64,000 bases of DNA from a virus (Duplodnaviria; Heunggongvirae; Uroviricota; Caudoviricetes). Made by a program: the position numbers and the translations under genes. The notes under the pieces were generated by a model. It was not told the origin of the DNA and did no database searches. It saw only the letters and a program-made list of their open reading frames with translations. This document shows positions 49,853-58,430 of this stretch, piece after piece. Positions within the stretch are counted from its first letter, which is position 1. Every line of letters starts with the position of its first letter. The stretch covers positions 398,456-462,455 of IMG/VR virus record IMGVR_UViG_3300049044_000033, one strand, 5' to 3'.

Positions 49853-50349
49853 TACTTCTTCCTTTCACGCTTATCGCGCTTTTTCTTTGCCATATCCAGC
49901 GTGAGCTTACTAACTCGGCTGGTAAAGCAAACACCATCCAGATGGTCCAGTTCATGTTGGAAGCACCTAGCCGCCATACCGTTCAGGAGTCCTTCAACTA
50001 CCTGACCGTCTGAGGTTTGGTATCGAACCTGCACATAAGCTGGTCTTTTGACTTTGAAAAATAGCCCAGGGAAGCTGAGACATCCTTCTTCAACCACAAC
50101 AGGATCACCTATGCTGTATAGGACTTTCGGGTTGTAGAAAAAGCAGATTTCATTGTCGATCTTCATCGCAAAAACGCGATAGAGAAAACCCATCTGGTTA
50201 GCCGCAAAGCCAACCCCGCCATGCTCTTCCATCAGACGAGCGAGCTCGTCCTCAACCGCAGTAGCATCGGCTGGCGGATTCTCGAAGTCCCATTCGGAAC
50301 TAGCGGTATAGAGAGTTTCAGCCTCATCGGTCTGAAGAGTAAATTTCAC
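49852..50349 (-). CDS. def: peptide deformylase
   Basis: GVGFAANQ, EGCLS, QHELDHLDG. Confidence 0.94.
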   Translation of the reverse strand: MKFTLQTDEAETLYTASSEWDFENPPADATAVEDELARLMEEHGGVGFAANQMGFLYRVFAMKIDNEICFFYNPKVLYSIGDPVVVEEGCLSFPGLFFKVKRPAYVQVRYQTSDGQVVEGLLNGMAARCFQHELDHLDGVCFTSRVSKLTLDMAKKKRDKRERKK

Positions 50350-50509
50350 TTACAATGCCCTCGCGTTTGGTCGATCTAATTGCGAGTCATTGCGCTTTAC
50401 CCTCTTAGTATGCGGGATTTTCGTCCTTAATACAAGAGCAAAGTTGAAGAAATCTAACCTAAAAGATTACCTAACTTCTGCTCTGTATCTAAAGACAAAA
50501 GGTCGAATG

Positions 50510-51358
50510 TCAAGACTTTCTTTGATCCCTAAGGCTGATCAAAGTCTGGCGTTCTTCCTCGCTGAGCTTTTCAGGAGAGATGACCACTTCGACCATCATG
50601 TCACCACGACGGCCATCAGCTAGAGGCATACCCTTGCCTGCTGCCCTCAATGATTGACCCGGATGAATACCGGCCGGAATACGCATCTTAATCCTAGAAC
50701 CCTCAATGGTAGGGATTTCTACCTCAGAACCAACCAACGCATCCAAATATCCAATAGATGCAGAGGTGACTAGATTATCCCCTACACGGGCGAAAGTAGG
50801 ATGAGGGATGACATTGATGCGAATGTAGAGATCACCCGGCTTCACGTTCTTCATAGCATCATCTCCTTTGCCTTGGAAACGAAGCTTGATGCCATCCTGG
50901 ATACCTGCTGGGATCTTGATCTTGATCTCTTGGGTTTCCTTATTGGGAAGGTTATACTGGATAGAGGCCTCCTTCCCGGTGAAGCTTTCCTCTAACGTGA
51001 TCGAGTAAGCAAGACGAATGTCGTGGTTTCGAGCATCGTCGCCAAATGGATTCCTGGACCTGCGGATATCTTTGAGAATCTCCTCAATATCAACATCAGG
51101 GCTGTATGGTTGATTTGACCAATGGAAGGTCTGATTACCTCGGAAGCCACCGGAACGCTGGGCATCATACTGGGCGCGCTTCTGCTGATCTTTGAGAACC
51201 TCATAGGCTTCATTGATCTCTTTGAATCGCTCTTCAGCAGCCTTGTCACCGGGTTTTAAGTCGGGATGATTTTCCTTTGCAAGCTTACGATAAGCAGACT
51301 TGATAGTCCCATCATCAGCTGTGGATTGAACGCCTAAAACCTGGTAAAAATCTTTCAT
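50510..51358 (-). CDS. dnaJ: DnaJ/CbpA-type J-domain chaperone
   Basis: DFYQVLGV, HPD, EAYEVL; DnaJ C-terminal domain without Zn finger. Confidence 0.92.
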   Translation of the reverse strand: MKDFYQVLGVQSTADDGTIKSAYRKLAKENHPDLKPGDKAAEERFKEINEAYEVLKDQQKRAQYDAQRSGGFRGNQTFHWSNQPYSPDVDIEEILKDIRRSRNPFGDDARNHDIRLAYSITLEESFTGKEASIQYNLPNKETQEIKIKIPAGIQDGIKLRFQGKGDDAMKNVKPGDLYIRINVIPHPTFARVGDNLVTSASIGYLDALVGSEVEIPTIEGSRIKMRIPAGIHPGQSLRAAGKGMPLADGRRGDMMVEVVISPEKLSEEERQTLISLRDQRKS

Positions 51359-51445
51359 GCTCTACTTCTACTAAACCAGCTGCTCAAAGTCAAAATTGAC
51401 TATCTGGGTTAACAATAATTATCAATGTAGTTAAAGGAGAACTAG

Positions 51446-51784
51446 ATGACTGATTTGTTCAACAAGGTATATGAGACTAACCGCCAGCGAGTCATGGACA
51501 TTTTCGATCGTCGTATGCTCAAACTAGGCGAAGAATATGGCGAAGCATGTCAGGCCTTTCTGAGTGTTTCTAGTGAAAACAACAGCAAGAAGAAATCTTG
51601 GGCTGATGTTCGTGAGGAACTCGTTGATGTCTTGGTTGTCACTCTAGACCTACTCTGTCATCAGATGCCCGATGAAAAGGACATGACAAGAGAGGAGAAG
51701 TTCGCTAGCGTGGAAAAGATTTTTGACCACAAGCTAGACAAGTGGGTCAAGAAGATTAAGAAAAGTGAGGACACTAGCAAGTGA
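51446..51784 (+). CDS. MazG-like nucleotide pyrophosphohydrolase
   Basis: KLGEEYGE, EELVDV, KLDKW. Confidence 0.8.
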   Translation: MTDLFNKVYETNRQRVMDIFDRRMLKLGEEYGEACQAFLSVSSENNSKKKSWADVREELVDVLVVTLDLLCHQMPDEKDMTREEKFASVEKIFDHKLDKWVKKIKKSEDTSK

Positions 51785-52086
51785 AATATGTTCAAGCCCT
51801 AAAGCCAGAGAAGCACAACGGCGGGGCTTTCTTTGAGCATGAGATTCACTTCGAGTTGAAGGGCTATGGCCATTACATGGGCTCCCATCAGCTTCGGAAG
51901 AACATCGAAGAATTTGTAAACGAACACATTGGTTCCAAACATACTGACTTCCGTGTTTCGGTTCAGATAAAATATGTTCGACCAGATACCTCTAAGTTCA
52001 GTCCCGCAGAACCAATTGCCACTGTAAAGGTCAGGTTCACCGATAAGAATAAGGCTTTGCGCTTTAAACTTTCCTGGCCACAATAA
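51781..52086 (+). CDS. FKLxW-motif family small protein
   Basis: VKVRFTDKNKALRFKLSW; shares HNGG..F.HE with the next gene. Confidence 0.75.
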   Translation: MKYVQALKPEKHNGGAFFEHEIHFELKGYGHYMGSHQLRKNIEEFVNEHIGSKHTDFRVSVQIKYVRPDTSKFSPAEPIATVKVRFTDKNKALRFKLSWPQ

Positions 52087-52124
52087 TATTGACGTTTTCC
52101 ATGCCGTGATGCTCTAGCAGCGGC

Positions 52125-52745
52125 ATGGAATATCGCTACGCAGAACCTCCCTTTAGACATAACGGCGGCAAATGGTTTGGCCATGAGGTCATTTTGTATG
52201 TTAATCCAAAACGCCTAGTTGAATTTAAAGACACTATCACTGCTATAGCGGGGAAGATAGGTGAGGGCTGGCGTTTATCCCACAAGACTCCCTTTAGTGT
52301 GTTTGAACATGGCAAACAGATAGTCCGGTTTTTGGATAAGAAAACTGCGATGCGTTTCAAGCTCACTTGGGAGCCTTGTGAGGAAGAAACCCTAGACGAC
52401 CTACAAAAGCTGTTTAAGAAGATAGCTCTGAATAGCCAGTATGGCTCCATGAATAAATTCAACTTCTCAGCACTTCGAGCAGCTAGCAATCCAATAAGTC
52501 AGATAACTCCCTATAGTTCTGGTATCTACCCTCTTATGACCTCGTCGGGTAAAACCATGAGCCAGATTTATCAGGCTAAATCTCGATACAACCGTTACAG
52601 TTTGCAGGATACTGAAGCAGCCTACTTGGATTACCTTTGGTCTGATATTGAGAGTAAAACTCTGAATGGTTGTAAGAACCGTCGCGATACGGTGATGACG
52701 ACTGAAGAACTAAAGAAAAGGCTCGACAATGGAACTGAATCGTAA
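52125..52745 (+). CDS. FKLxW-motif protein fused to a PolB motif-B-like segment
   Basis: VRFLDKKTAMRFKLTW followed by QKLFKKIALNSQYGSMN. Confidence 0.7.
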   Translation: MEYRYAEPPFRHNGGKWFGHEVILYVNPKRLVEFKDTITAIAGKIGEGWRLSHKTPFSVFEHGKQIVRFLDKKTAMRFKLTWEPCEEETLDDLQKLFKKIALNSQYGSMNKFNFSALRAASNPISQITPYSSGIYPLMTSSGKTMSQIYQAKSRYNRYSLQDTEAAYLDYLWSDIESKTLNGCKNRRDTVMTTEELKKRLDNGTES

Positions 52746-53250
52746 TCGCCCCGAAACGGCTCTAAAGAAGCGCCGTCATTTCAAGGACGGGTTCACCTTC
52801 TGGATCAAGCCCAGTCGTATGTCTGAACTTAGGGCGTGGCTTAGGTCTTCGGGTTTAAAGAGCAAGAAACATTATTTGCTCAGCTCTCTAAATAGCACCA
52901 GACGTATCTTGCTCAGCAACAGTAACCGACAGCTGGACCTATCTACCCAATACGTGATCTCGTTTAGAGAGAAGGATAAGGCTGCTCTCTTCAAGCTGTC
53001 ATGGAGCGAATGCGAGGTAGGAACCCCCGATGTTATCTTGCCACTCATACGCAGAGTTATGCCTAGTATTATCGCTCAGGATATTATCGGGGTTTCGCCA
53101 ATGACAGGACCGACTGGCTCGATTTTTGCTATGCGATCCAACTACGCGGGGAATCAAGGGGCCACGTCGTCCTCTCCCAACCAATCTCTTTCTAATTCAA
53201 TTCGACCTGACGAGTCAACAGACGAGTCGGGTTCGAATTCGCACCTCTGA
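52729..53250 (+). CDS. FKLxW-motif protein fused to a gp23 Gol-peptide-like segment
   Basis: ISFREKDKAALFKLSW followed by VILPLIRRVMPSIIAQDIIGVSPMTGPTGSIFAMRSNY. Confidence 0.8.
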   Translation: MELNRNRPETALKKRRHFKDGFTFWIKPSRMSELRAWLRSSGLKSKKHYLLSSLNSTRRILLSNSNRQLDLSTQYVISFREKDKAALFKLSWSECEVGTPDVILPLIRRVMPSIIAQDIIGVSPMTGPTGSIFAMRSNYAGNQGATSSSPNQSLSNSIRPDESTDESGSNSHL

Positions 53251-53358
53251 GTGTTTCTTAATTGAAATATTACCAAATCCATGTTATCTGGGTACTACCC
53301 GCTGGAGGGTAGTGTCTAGAAAACCTGCTTTTGTAAATTCAGTTAAGCAATACTCGGA

Positions 53359-53889
53359 GTGGCGTTTAATATAATAGAGCCATTTCGCTCAGATAGAAAC
53401 GAGAAAGAATACCTAATGGAACCAGCACCGCATATCTTTTGTGACTTCGATGGCGTCTTAGTAGACTTCGAAAGAGGCTTCGAAATCCAGTATGGCAAGA
53501 AGCACTCTGATGTTCCCGAGTTCGTGATGTGGAAGATCATCAAAGCTAACATGACCCACTGGGAACAATTGCCTGCGATGCCGGGTGCTCTCCAGCTCTG
53601 GGCTTATATTGCCCATCGTGAACCAACAATTCTAACTGGTTGTCCTAGCTCTGGATATCAGCAGGCAGGTGAAGGGAAGACGGTTTGGAAGAATCGTGAA
53701 CTAGGTGAGCATGTTCCGATCATCACATGTTTGTCTCGCTATAAGCCCAAGCATATGAAAGCCCCTGGTGATATCTTGATTGATGACATGGAAAAGAATA
53801 CAAAGCGTTGGGAAGAAGCTGGTGGCATTGCGGTTCTCCATACTTGCGCGGCTTCTACGATTGAAAAGCTCAAGGAGTTAGGTCTGTGA
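53359..53889 (+). CDS. HAD 5'(3')-deoxyribonucleotidase-like protein
   Basis: FCDFDGVLVDF, ILTG, GK..W, ILIDD...N...WEEAGG; probable start at the second Met. Confidence 0.85.
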   Translation: MAFNIIEPFRSDRNEKEYLMEPAPHIFCDFDGVLVDFERGFEIQYGKKHSDVPEFVMWKIIKANMTHWEQLPAMPGALQLWAYIAHREPTILTGCPSSGYQQAGEGKTVWKNRELGEHVPIITCLSRYKPKHMKAPGDILIDDMEKNTKRWEEAGGIAVLHTCAASTIEKLKELGL

Positions 53890-54344
53890 CAGAACATGAT
53901 TTGGTTGGCGTTCTAATGGCCACAAACTTCCTTACCCTCGGTCTGGTTGCTCTTTTCTGGGCAAAGTCCGAAGGCCTCAAGATTGACCGTGCTCGCAGAC
54001 AGAGGGTCTTTAGCGGCGATCAGACTGGCGGTAACATTGATATTGCGGGTCGTCACTTCAAAGGCAACAATGTAGTGATCAAGGGCGGTAAGACCTTCGT
54101 TGATGGTCGAGATGTCTCTGACTATTTTGACGGCAATAAGGTTCTCGAGATTCGCCTCTCAGGACCTCTGGAAAATCTCACTACAACCGCTAACGTGACT
54201 TGTGATGATGTCTTGGGAGATGTTATCAGCGAAGGCAATGTGAATTGCGGAGACGTTAGGGGAGATGCTAAAGCCGGTGGAAATATTAACGCCGGTGATG
54301 TTTCGGGTTCTATTAAGGCTGGAGGTAATGTTGTTTGTGGATAA
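53886..54344 (+). CDS. membrane-anchored beta-helix repeat protein
   Basis: TM segment, then repeats GNVNCGDVRGDAKAGGNINAGDVSGSIKAGGNVVCG. Confidence 0.65.
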   Translation: MTEHDLVGVLMATNFLTLGLVALFWAKSEGLKIDRARRQRVFSGDQTGGNIDIAGRHFKGNNVVIKGGKTFVDGRDVSDYFDGNKVLEIRLSGPLENLTTTANVTCDDVLGDVISEGNVNCGDVRGDAKAGGNINAGDVSGSIKAGGNVVCG

Positions 54345-54561
54345 GACTATCGCGTATCGCCTAGAGCGAGTTAAACCATCAAAGGGCGGGATTGCTACCG
54401 CATGTGTAATGGACTGTATGGTCACTGGTAAGATGCTCAGTGGCTCAGGTGGCGGTTCTGAATACCTTGCTCCTGAGGTTGTTGACATTCTGCGCTATGA
54501 CAAAGAAGTCCAGGCTTTGATTCAACAAAAGATTATTGACATTGCGGCTAAGACGCACTAA
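54328..54561 (+). CDS. hypothetical protein
   Basis: GGAGG near the start; C...CMVTG..LSG.GGG..YLAP. Confidence 0.5.
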   Translation: MLFVDKTIAYRLERVKPSKGGIATACVMDCMVTGKMLSGSGGGSEYLAPEVVDILRYDKEVQALIQQKIIDIAAKTH

Positions 54562-54703
54562 GGTAATCGAGCAACATCGAGAATAGGAACGTGTCATGAT
54601 TATATGGTGTAATATTTGGAGATCGGCAGGGTCCTAAGTATCGCATCATATCTATGACGCAATAGGCCACCCTGCGAGTTCAACCTCGTTAGGGTGGTTT
54701 ATC

Positions 54704-55594
54704 ATGGGCGGAAATGCGTTTCCGGGCCTGCAAATGGTGCGGGTCCGAAGGGAGGATGTTACCTCCACAGTCGATCATGTTGTCAATGCTTTGGCAATGC
54801 CAGACTTCACCTTTGCTTATGCGATGGATAACCTTATGGGTAGCGCAGGTAAACAAGCGGACTCGGGTGATCTTGACTTTGCGATGAACAACAAACGGGC
54901 TAGGTTTGTTGGTGAGACTGAACTCCCTGTATTCAAGCTACGGGAATTTGCCGAACGAGCTCGATTAGTCTTACCGCAAGGCCATGTGAATACAAAGACT
55001 CTGAAGGGTGGTCAGTTTCAGACAGCCTTCCCAGTTGCTGGTGATCCAACGAAGGGTTATGTTCAGGTAGACTTCGTTGAAGGTAATCCCGAGTGGTTGA
55101 AGTTTAGTCACTACTCTCCAGGGCAGGATTTTAGCCCCTACAAGGGTGTCTTAGTATCCACTATGTTGGGTGTGCTTGCTAAGATGCAAAAAGACTTTGA
55201 GCTCTTCAACGGGGATCAGAGGGTAGCTCGCGTAGGTCTTAGGTTCGACTTGGAGAAGGGTCTCTATAGGCAGTGGAAGTTGCAGAAGCGTGACAACCAG
55301 GGCATGTCTGTTGTTTCTGCAGATGAATTTGAGACTGCTGTCGCAACTTCTCCGCGCTTTGCGCGTTTAGAGAGTGTCACAGTGCCTGACGAGGTATTGA
55401 GACTGCTGTTCGGAGCACCAGTGACTCACTCGGAGGTTAACACCTTTGAAAAGCTGGTCGCAAAGGTCCGGGAGGTCATGTCTGATCGTTTCGAAGAAGC
55501 ACGTGAGCGTTTCCTCGAAGCGGCCATGCGTAGCGCCGCCAGGAATGATTATAGCAGGGAGACCCTCCAAAACTCTCCTGTTTGGTCGCAGTAA
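54704..55594 (+). CDS. Pol-beta superfamily nucleotidyltransferase (large-phage type)
   Basis: GGNAF, LMGSAGK..DSGDLD, VQVDF, S.YKG. Confidence 0.78.
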   Translation: MGGNAFPGLQMVRVRREDVTSTVDHVVNALAMPDFTFAYAMDNLMGSAGKQADSGDLDFAMNNKRARFVGETELPVFKLREFAERARLVLPQGHVNTKTLKGGQFQTAFPVAGDPTKGYVQVDFVEGNPEWLKFSHYSPGQDFSPYKGVLVSTMLGVLAKMQKDFELFNGDQRVARVGLRFDLEKGLYRQWKLQKRDNQGMSVVSADEFETAVATSPRFARLESVTVPDEVLRLLFGAPVTHSEVNTFEKLVAKVREVMSDRFEEARERFLEAAMRSAARNDYSRETLQNSPVWSQ

Positions 55595-55597
55595 TGG

Positions 55598-55657
55598 GAA
55601 TGACTGAGGTGTTGAGTAGTAGCGTCCCCCGTAGCTCAAACTCCACCTCAGTCATTC
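55598..55657 (+). terminator. long stem-loop after nucleotidyltransferase
   Basis: 14-bp perfect stem GAATGACTGAGGTG/CACCTCAGTCATTC followed by TTTT. Confidence 0.65.
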
Positions 55658-55720
55658 TTTTATGAGTTGCACCTTACCCTAACTTCTGCTAAATTGATAT
55701 AAAGATTAGTTAGGGTCACA

Positions 55721-56104
55721 ATGGCACGCCGTCGTCGCAAAATTAGGGGGAAACCGCGCGGTCTAGTTAGTCTGCGATCTATAAGATTTCGCCTGAGGTC
55801 TCGCAAGCAATCTAAGCGGGATCGTCGCCGAAGTCGTAGGGCTCGACGTTCTCCTAATTTTTGGCGCGATATCAATAAGCTGACTTTCTCTAAAGCATTC
55901 ATTCAACCAGATGAATTACTCTGGCTAGAAGTCAATGCCCCAACGGCTAAGATAACTTTGGAGTATGTTCCAGGTTATCAGTATTGTCCCACCTACAAGT
56001 TAGGTAAATGGGATGGTAAAGCCTACGTGGTGAGGTTTGATCCAGAGGACGAAACCTTGTCATATGATTTCCGACATACTTGGTGGCACCGCAAATGTCG
56101 CTGA
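55721..56104 (+). CDS. Arg-rich protein with divergent FKLxW-like domain
   Basis: Protamine-like N-terminus; LLWLE...VVRFDPEDETLSYDFRHTW. Confidence 0.55.
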   Translation: MARRRRKIRGKPRGLVSLRSIRFRLRSRKQSKRDRRRSRRARRSPNFWRDINKLTFSKAFIQPDELLWLEVNAPTAKITLEYVPGYQYCPTYKLGKWDGKAYVVRFDPEDETLSYDFRHTWWHRKCR

Positions 56105-56424
56105 GGGGTAAAGCTACTGTCGTGGAATGTCAGATCTCTGACCTGAGTCAAGAAGCCTTGGATTGGCTTAACAGTGATAGTCCGGGTGACCTCTGTTGGG
56201 TTAAAAAGAATATTAGAGTTTGGCAAGAAGTAGTCCCGGCCGAAGATTTTACAAAATATTATACCAAGCTTAGTTTAGCTGGCCAACTCGCTAAGGAAGC
56301 TATATGTTATTTCTATTCACAAGATAGAGCTGCTGGTCTTCCTCTCAAACTCGATAAGTCGGTTGACGGTTTATTCTTTGCCAGCAACTCTGATGCTGTT
56401 TATTTTAAGATGAAGTTTCTATGA
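56080..56424 (+). CDS. FKLxW-motif family protein
   Basis: ALDWL...LFFASNSDAVYFKMKF. Confidence 0.7.
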   Translation: MVAPQMSLRGKATVVECQISDLSQEALDWLNSDSPGDLCWVKKNIRVWQEVVPAEDFTKYYTKLSLAGQLAKEAICYFYSQDRAAGLPLKLDKSVDGLFFASNSDAVYFKMKFL

Positions 56425-56687
56425 AGCCTTTATTCTACATGTTGGCACAACATGGTCCATGGACATGTCATGTGAGGTTTACTTCATCTGAAGCTTTCAA
56501 TAAGGCTTGTGAGTGGCTATATGAAGGAGGAAAAGTAGAAGCTGTTGACTTTGAGACCCTTGTTAGTGGTATTCAGAATGGCTCTAGGTATGCAGGAGAC
56601 ACGAGCGTAAACACACTAGATCGATTGATCTTTTTCAAAGACACAAAGCTGGCCAGCTATGTGAAGTTGACGTGGGGCGGTAGGTGA
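56421..56687 (+). CDS. FKLxW-motif family protein
   Basis: ACEWL...IFFKDTKLASYVKLTWGG. Confidence 0.72.
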   Translation: MKPLFYMLAQHGPWTCHVRFTSSEAFNKACEWLYEGGKVEAVDFETLVSGIQNGSRYAGDTSVNTLDRLIFFKDTKLASYVKLTWGGR

Positions 56688-57049
56688 AACATAACTTAGA
56701 TGTATTTAGGAATCCCGAATACCGTGAAGCTGCGGTTAAATCCATACAAGATTTGGAAACAACCAAGGACGGCTATTTGCTCTATGAGATCTTAAAAGAT
56801 CTTCTGACCAAACAGGGCGAATGGGACTTTGAGCAAGAAGTCAAGGATTTCCCACATGGTTTGGAGATTGATCGATTGGGTGACGAAAACTTCGGGGCAG
56901 GTCTGACCCAATGGCTAGATTCTACCGTGGGGAAAGACAATTATGTCCTGATGCCTAGATCAGCGTTTGGCAAATACCATGATAAGTGGAACTGGGTGTT
57001 CTTCAAACAAAAAGACCACGCAGCTCTCTTTAAGCTTACGTGGCTGTGA
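56684..57049 (+). CDS. FKLxW-motif family protein
   Basis: TQWLDSTVG...VFFKQKDHAALFKLTWL. Confidence 0.75.
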   Translation: MKHNLDVFRNPEYREAAVKSIQDLETTKDGYLLYEILKDLLTKQGEWDFEQEVKDFPHGLEIDRLGDENFGAGLTQWLDSTVGKDNYVLMPRSAFGKYHDKWNWVFFKQKDHAALFKLTWL

Positions 57050-57268
57050 TCATTTATATCGGAAACTGATACGACCCTTCGAGACATCATAGGGTGTGAG
57101 TTCAACTTCTACTCTGTCACCGAGAAGAACGTTGATATTATTCTTGCGCATCTTACCGCTGATATGCCCAATGATATCAAAATCATTCTCAAGCTTGACT
57201 CGGAAGAGAGCATTTGGAAGAACCTCAGTAACTTGGCCCTTCATCTTAATTACATCTTGCTTTGACAT
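57050..57268 (-). CDS. infA: translation initiation factor IF-1
   Basis: MSKQDVI...[15 protein letters not shown]...[29 protein letters not shown]. Confidence 0.96.
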   Translation of the reverse strand: MSKQDVIKMKGQVTEVLPNALFRVKLENDFDIIGHISGKMRKNNINVLLGDRVEVELTPYDVSKGRISFRYK

Positions 57269-57320
57269 TATTCCTCTTAGAAATGGATAACCCAGGGTTA
57301 TTTAGCCCCGGGTTATCTTC

Positions 57321-57725
57321 TTAGTCGTTAGTAGAAATTGTCTGATACGACAGGCTACCATCGTTCATCATAGGGACAATCCACCACAGGTTGGGGATAA
57401 GATTCTCAGGAAGATCATAGGCCTCTACGACTTCGATGATTTCATCCGTTACTGTCCTCAAATGCCTCATAGCCTCACTATTATGACATGAGAAGAAGTG
57501 AACTCGATAGTCTTGCCCTTCTAAAACGAAGCGCGCATCCCAGTCAATATCCACTCCAGCTTCTTCGATGAACTCGCGCTTCATTGCCATCTCAGGCGTT
57601 TCGCCGAATTCAATCTTGCCGCCGACTGCATTATAGTGACCAGCTTGCCACTCGGGACGGTTCTTTAGGATGAGGGTGACACGATCACCCTCATCACTAT
57701 ACAGGAGCCCAGCTACGAAATCCAT
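57321..57725 (-). CDS. Nudix hydrolase
   Basis: KNRP.WQAG..N.VGGKIEFGETPEMAMKREFIEEAG. Confidence 0.9.
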   Translation of the reverse strand: MDFVAGLLYSDEGDRVTLILKNRPEWQAGHYNAVGGKIEFGETPEMAMKREFIEEAGVDIDWDARFVLEGQDYRVHFFSCHNSEAMRHLRTVTDEIIEVVEAYDLPENLIPNLWWIVPMMNDGSLSYQTISTND

Positions 57726-58369
57726 CAGTTGCCCTGTCCCATTACCTTGATTGCATCAGCAGCACCAAGAGCCACTGCATCTTCAGCCGACAACCAAACA
57801 TCGTGGGGAGGAAGAAGCTTCTTGAGGATCTTCTTCTTCTTGAGACCAGTATGCTTCTTGTAGTGGTTGACCATACGGCTCTGAGTCAGTTCAAATTCGC
57901 GCTGAACTGCAAACAGTTCATGTGCCTTGCCGCGTGAACCCCAAGACCATTCGTGGCTCAGAATCGAAGTGTTGGGAGTAAGGATTCGATGACCCTTGGT
58001 GCCGGCGATGAACGTGAGGAAGCCGCAGCTACCAATCATGCCCAAGCCGGTAGTGTGAACGGGAATTGCACTACCTTCCATTGCATCGATGATTGCAAAG
58101 GCGCTGTTGACTTCACCACCTGGGCTGTTGATGATCAGGTTCAAGTGATCAAAATCATTCCTAGAAGACAAGTTGGCTTCGAGGATCCAAGTAACAACCT
58201 TGCTTGCGGTCTCGCTATTAAAGCCACCGCTAAGGAAATAAACACCTTTGTCCCTTAGCGTAGGCGAAGGGTTCATTGGAGCAGATGCTAAAACGGTAGT
58301 TGCCTCTGGGGTGCTTTCAACTTCGACACTCTTAGTAGCACCAGTCTTCTTAACCATATAAACTCCCAT
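57725..58369 (-). CDS. clpP: second, divergent ClpP-family protease
   Basis: INSPGG, GMIGSCG (catalytic Ser), G.KG.R...PNT..LSH, DVWLSAEDA. Confidence 0.85.
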   Translation of the reverse strand: MGVYMVKKTGATKSVEVESTPEATTVLASAPMNPSPTLRDKGVYFLSGGFNSETASKVVTWILEANLSSRNDFDHLNLIINSPGGEVNSAFAIIDAMEGSAIPVHTTGLGMIGSCGFLTFIAGTKGHRILTPNTSILSHEWSWGSRGKAHELFAVQREFELTQSRMVNHYKKHTGLKKKKILKKLLPPHDVWLSAEDAVALGAADAIKVMGQGN

Positions 58370-58430
58370 TGGGCCATTTGACCTGTTATCTCGTTCTTAA
58401 AGGTGAGCAGAAAGGTTTGTCAGTATAAAA

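Noticed and set aside
53032-53145. Annotating 52729..53250 as the major capsid protein or its pseudogene
   Set aside because: Only ~38 aa match, in frame within an intact unrelated ORF; I saw no further gp23 sequence nearby
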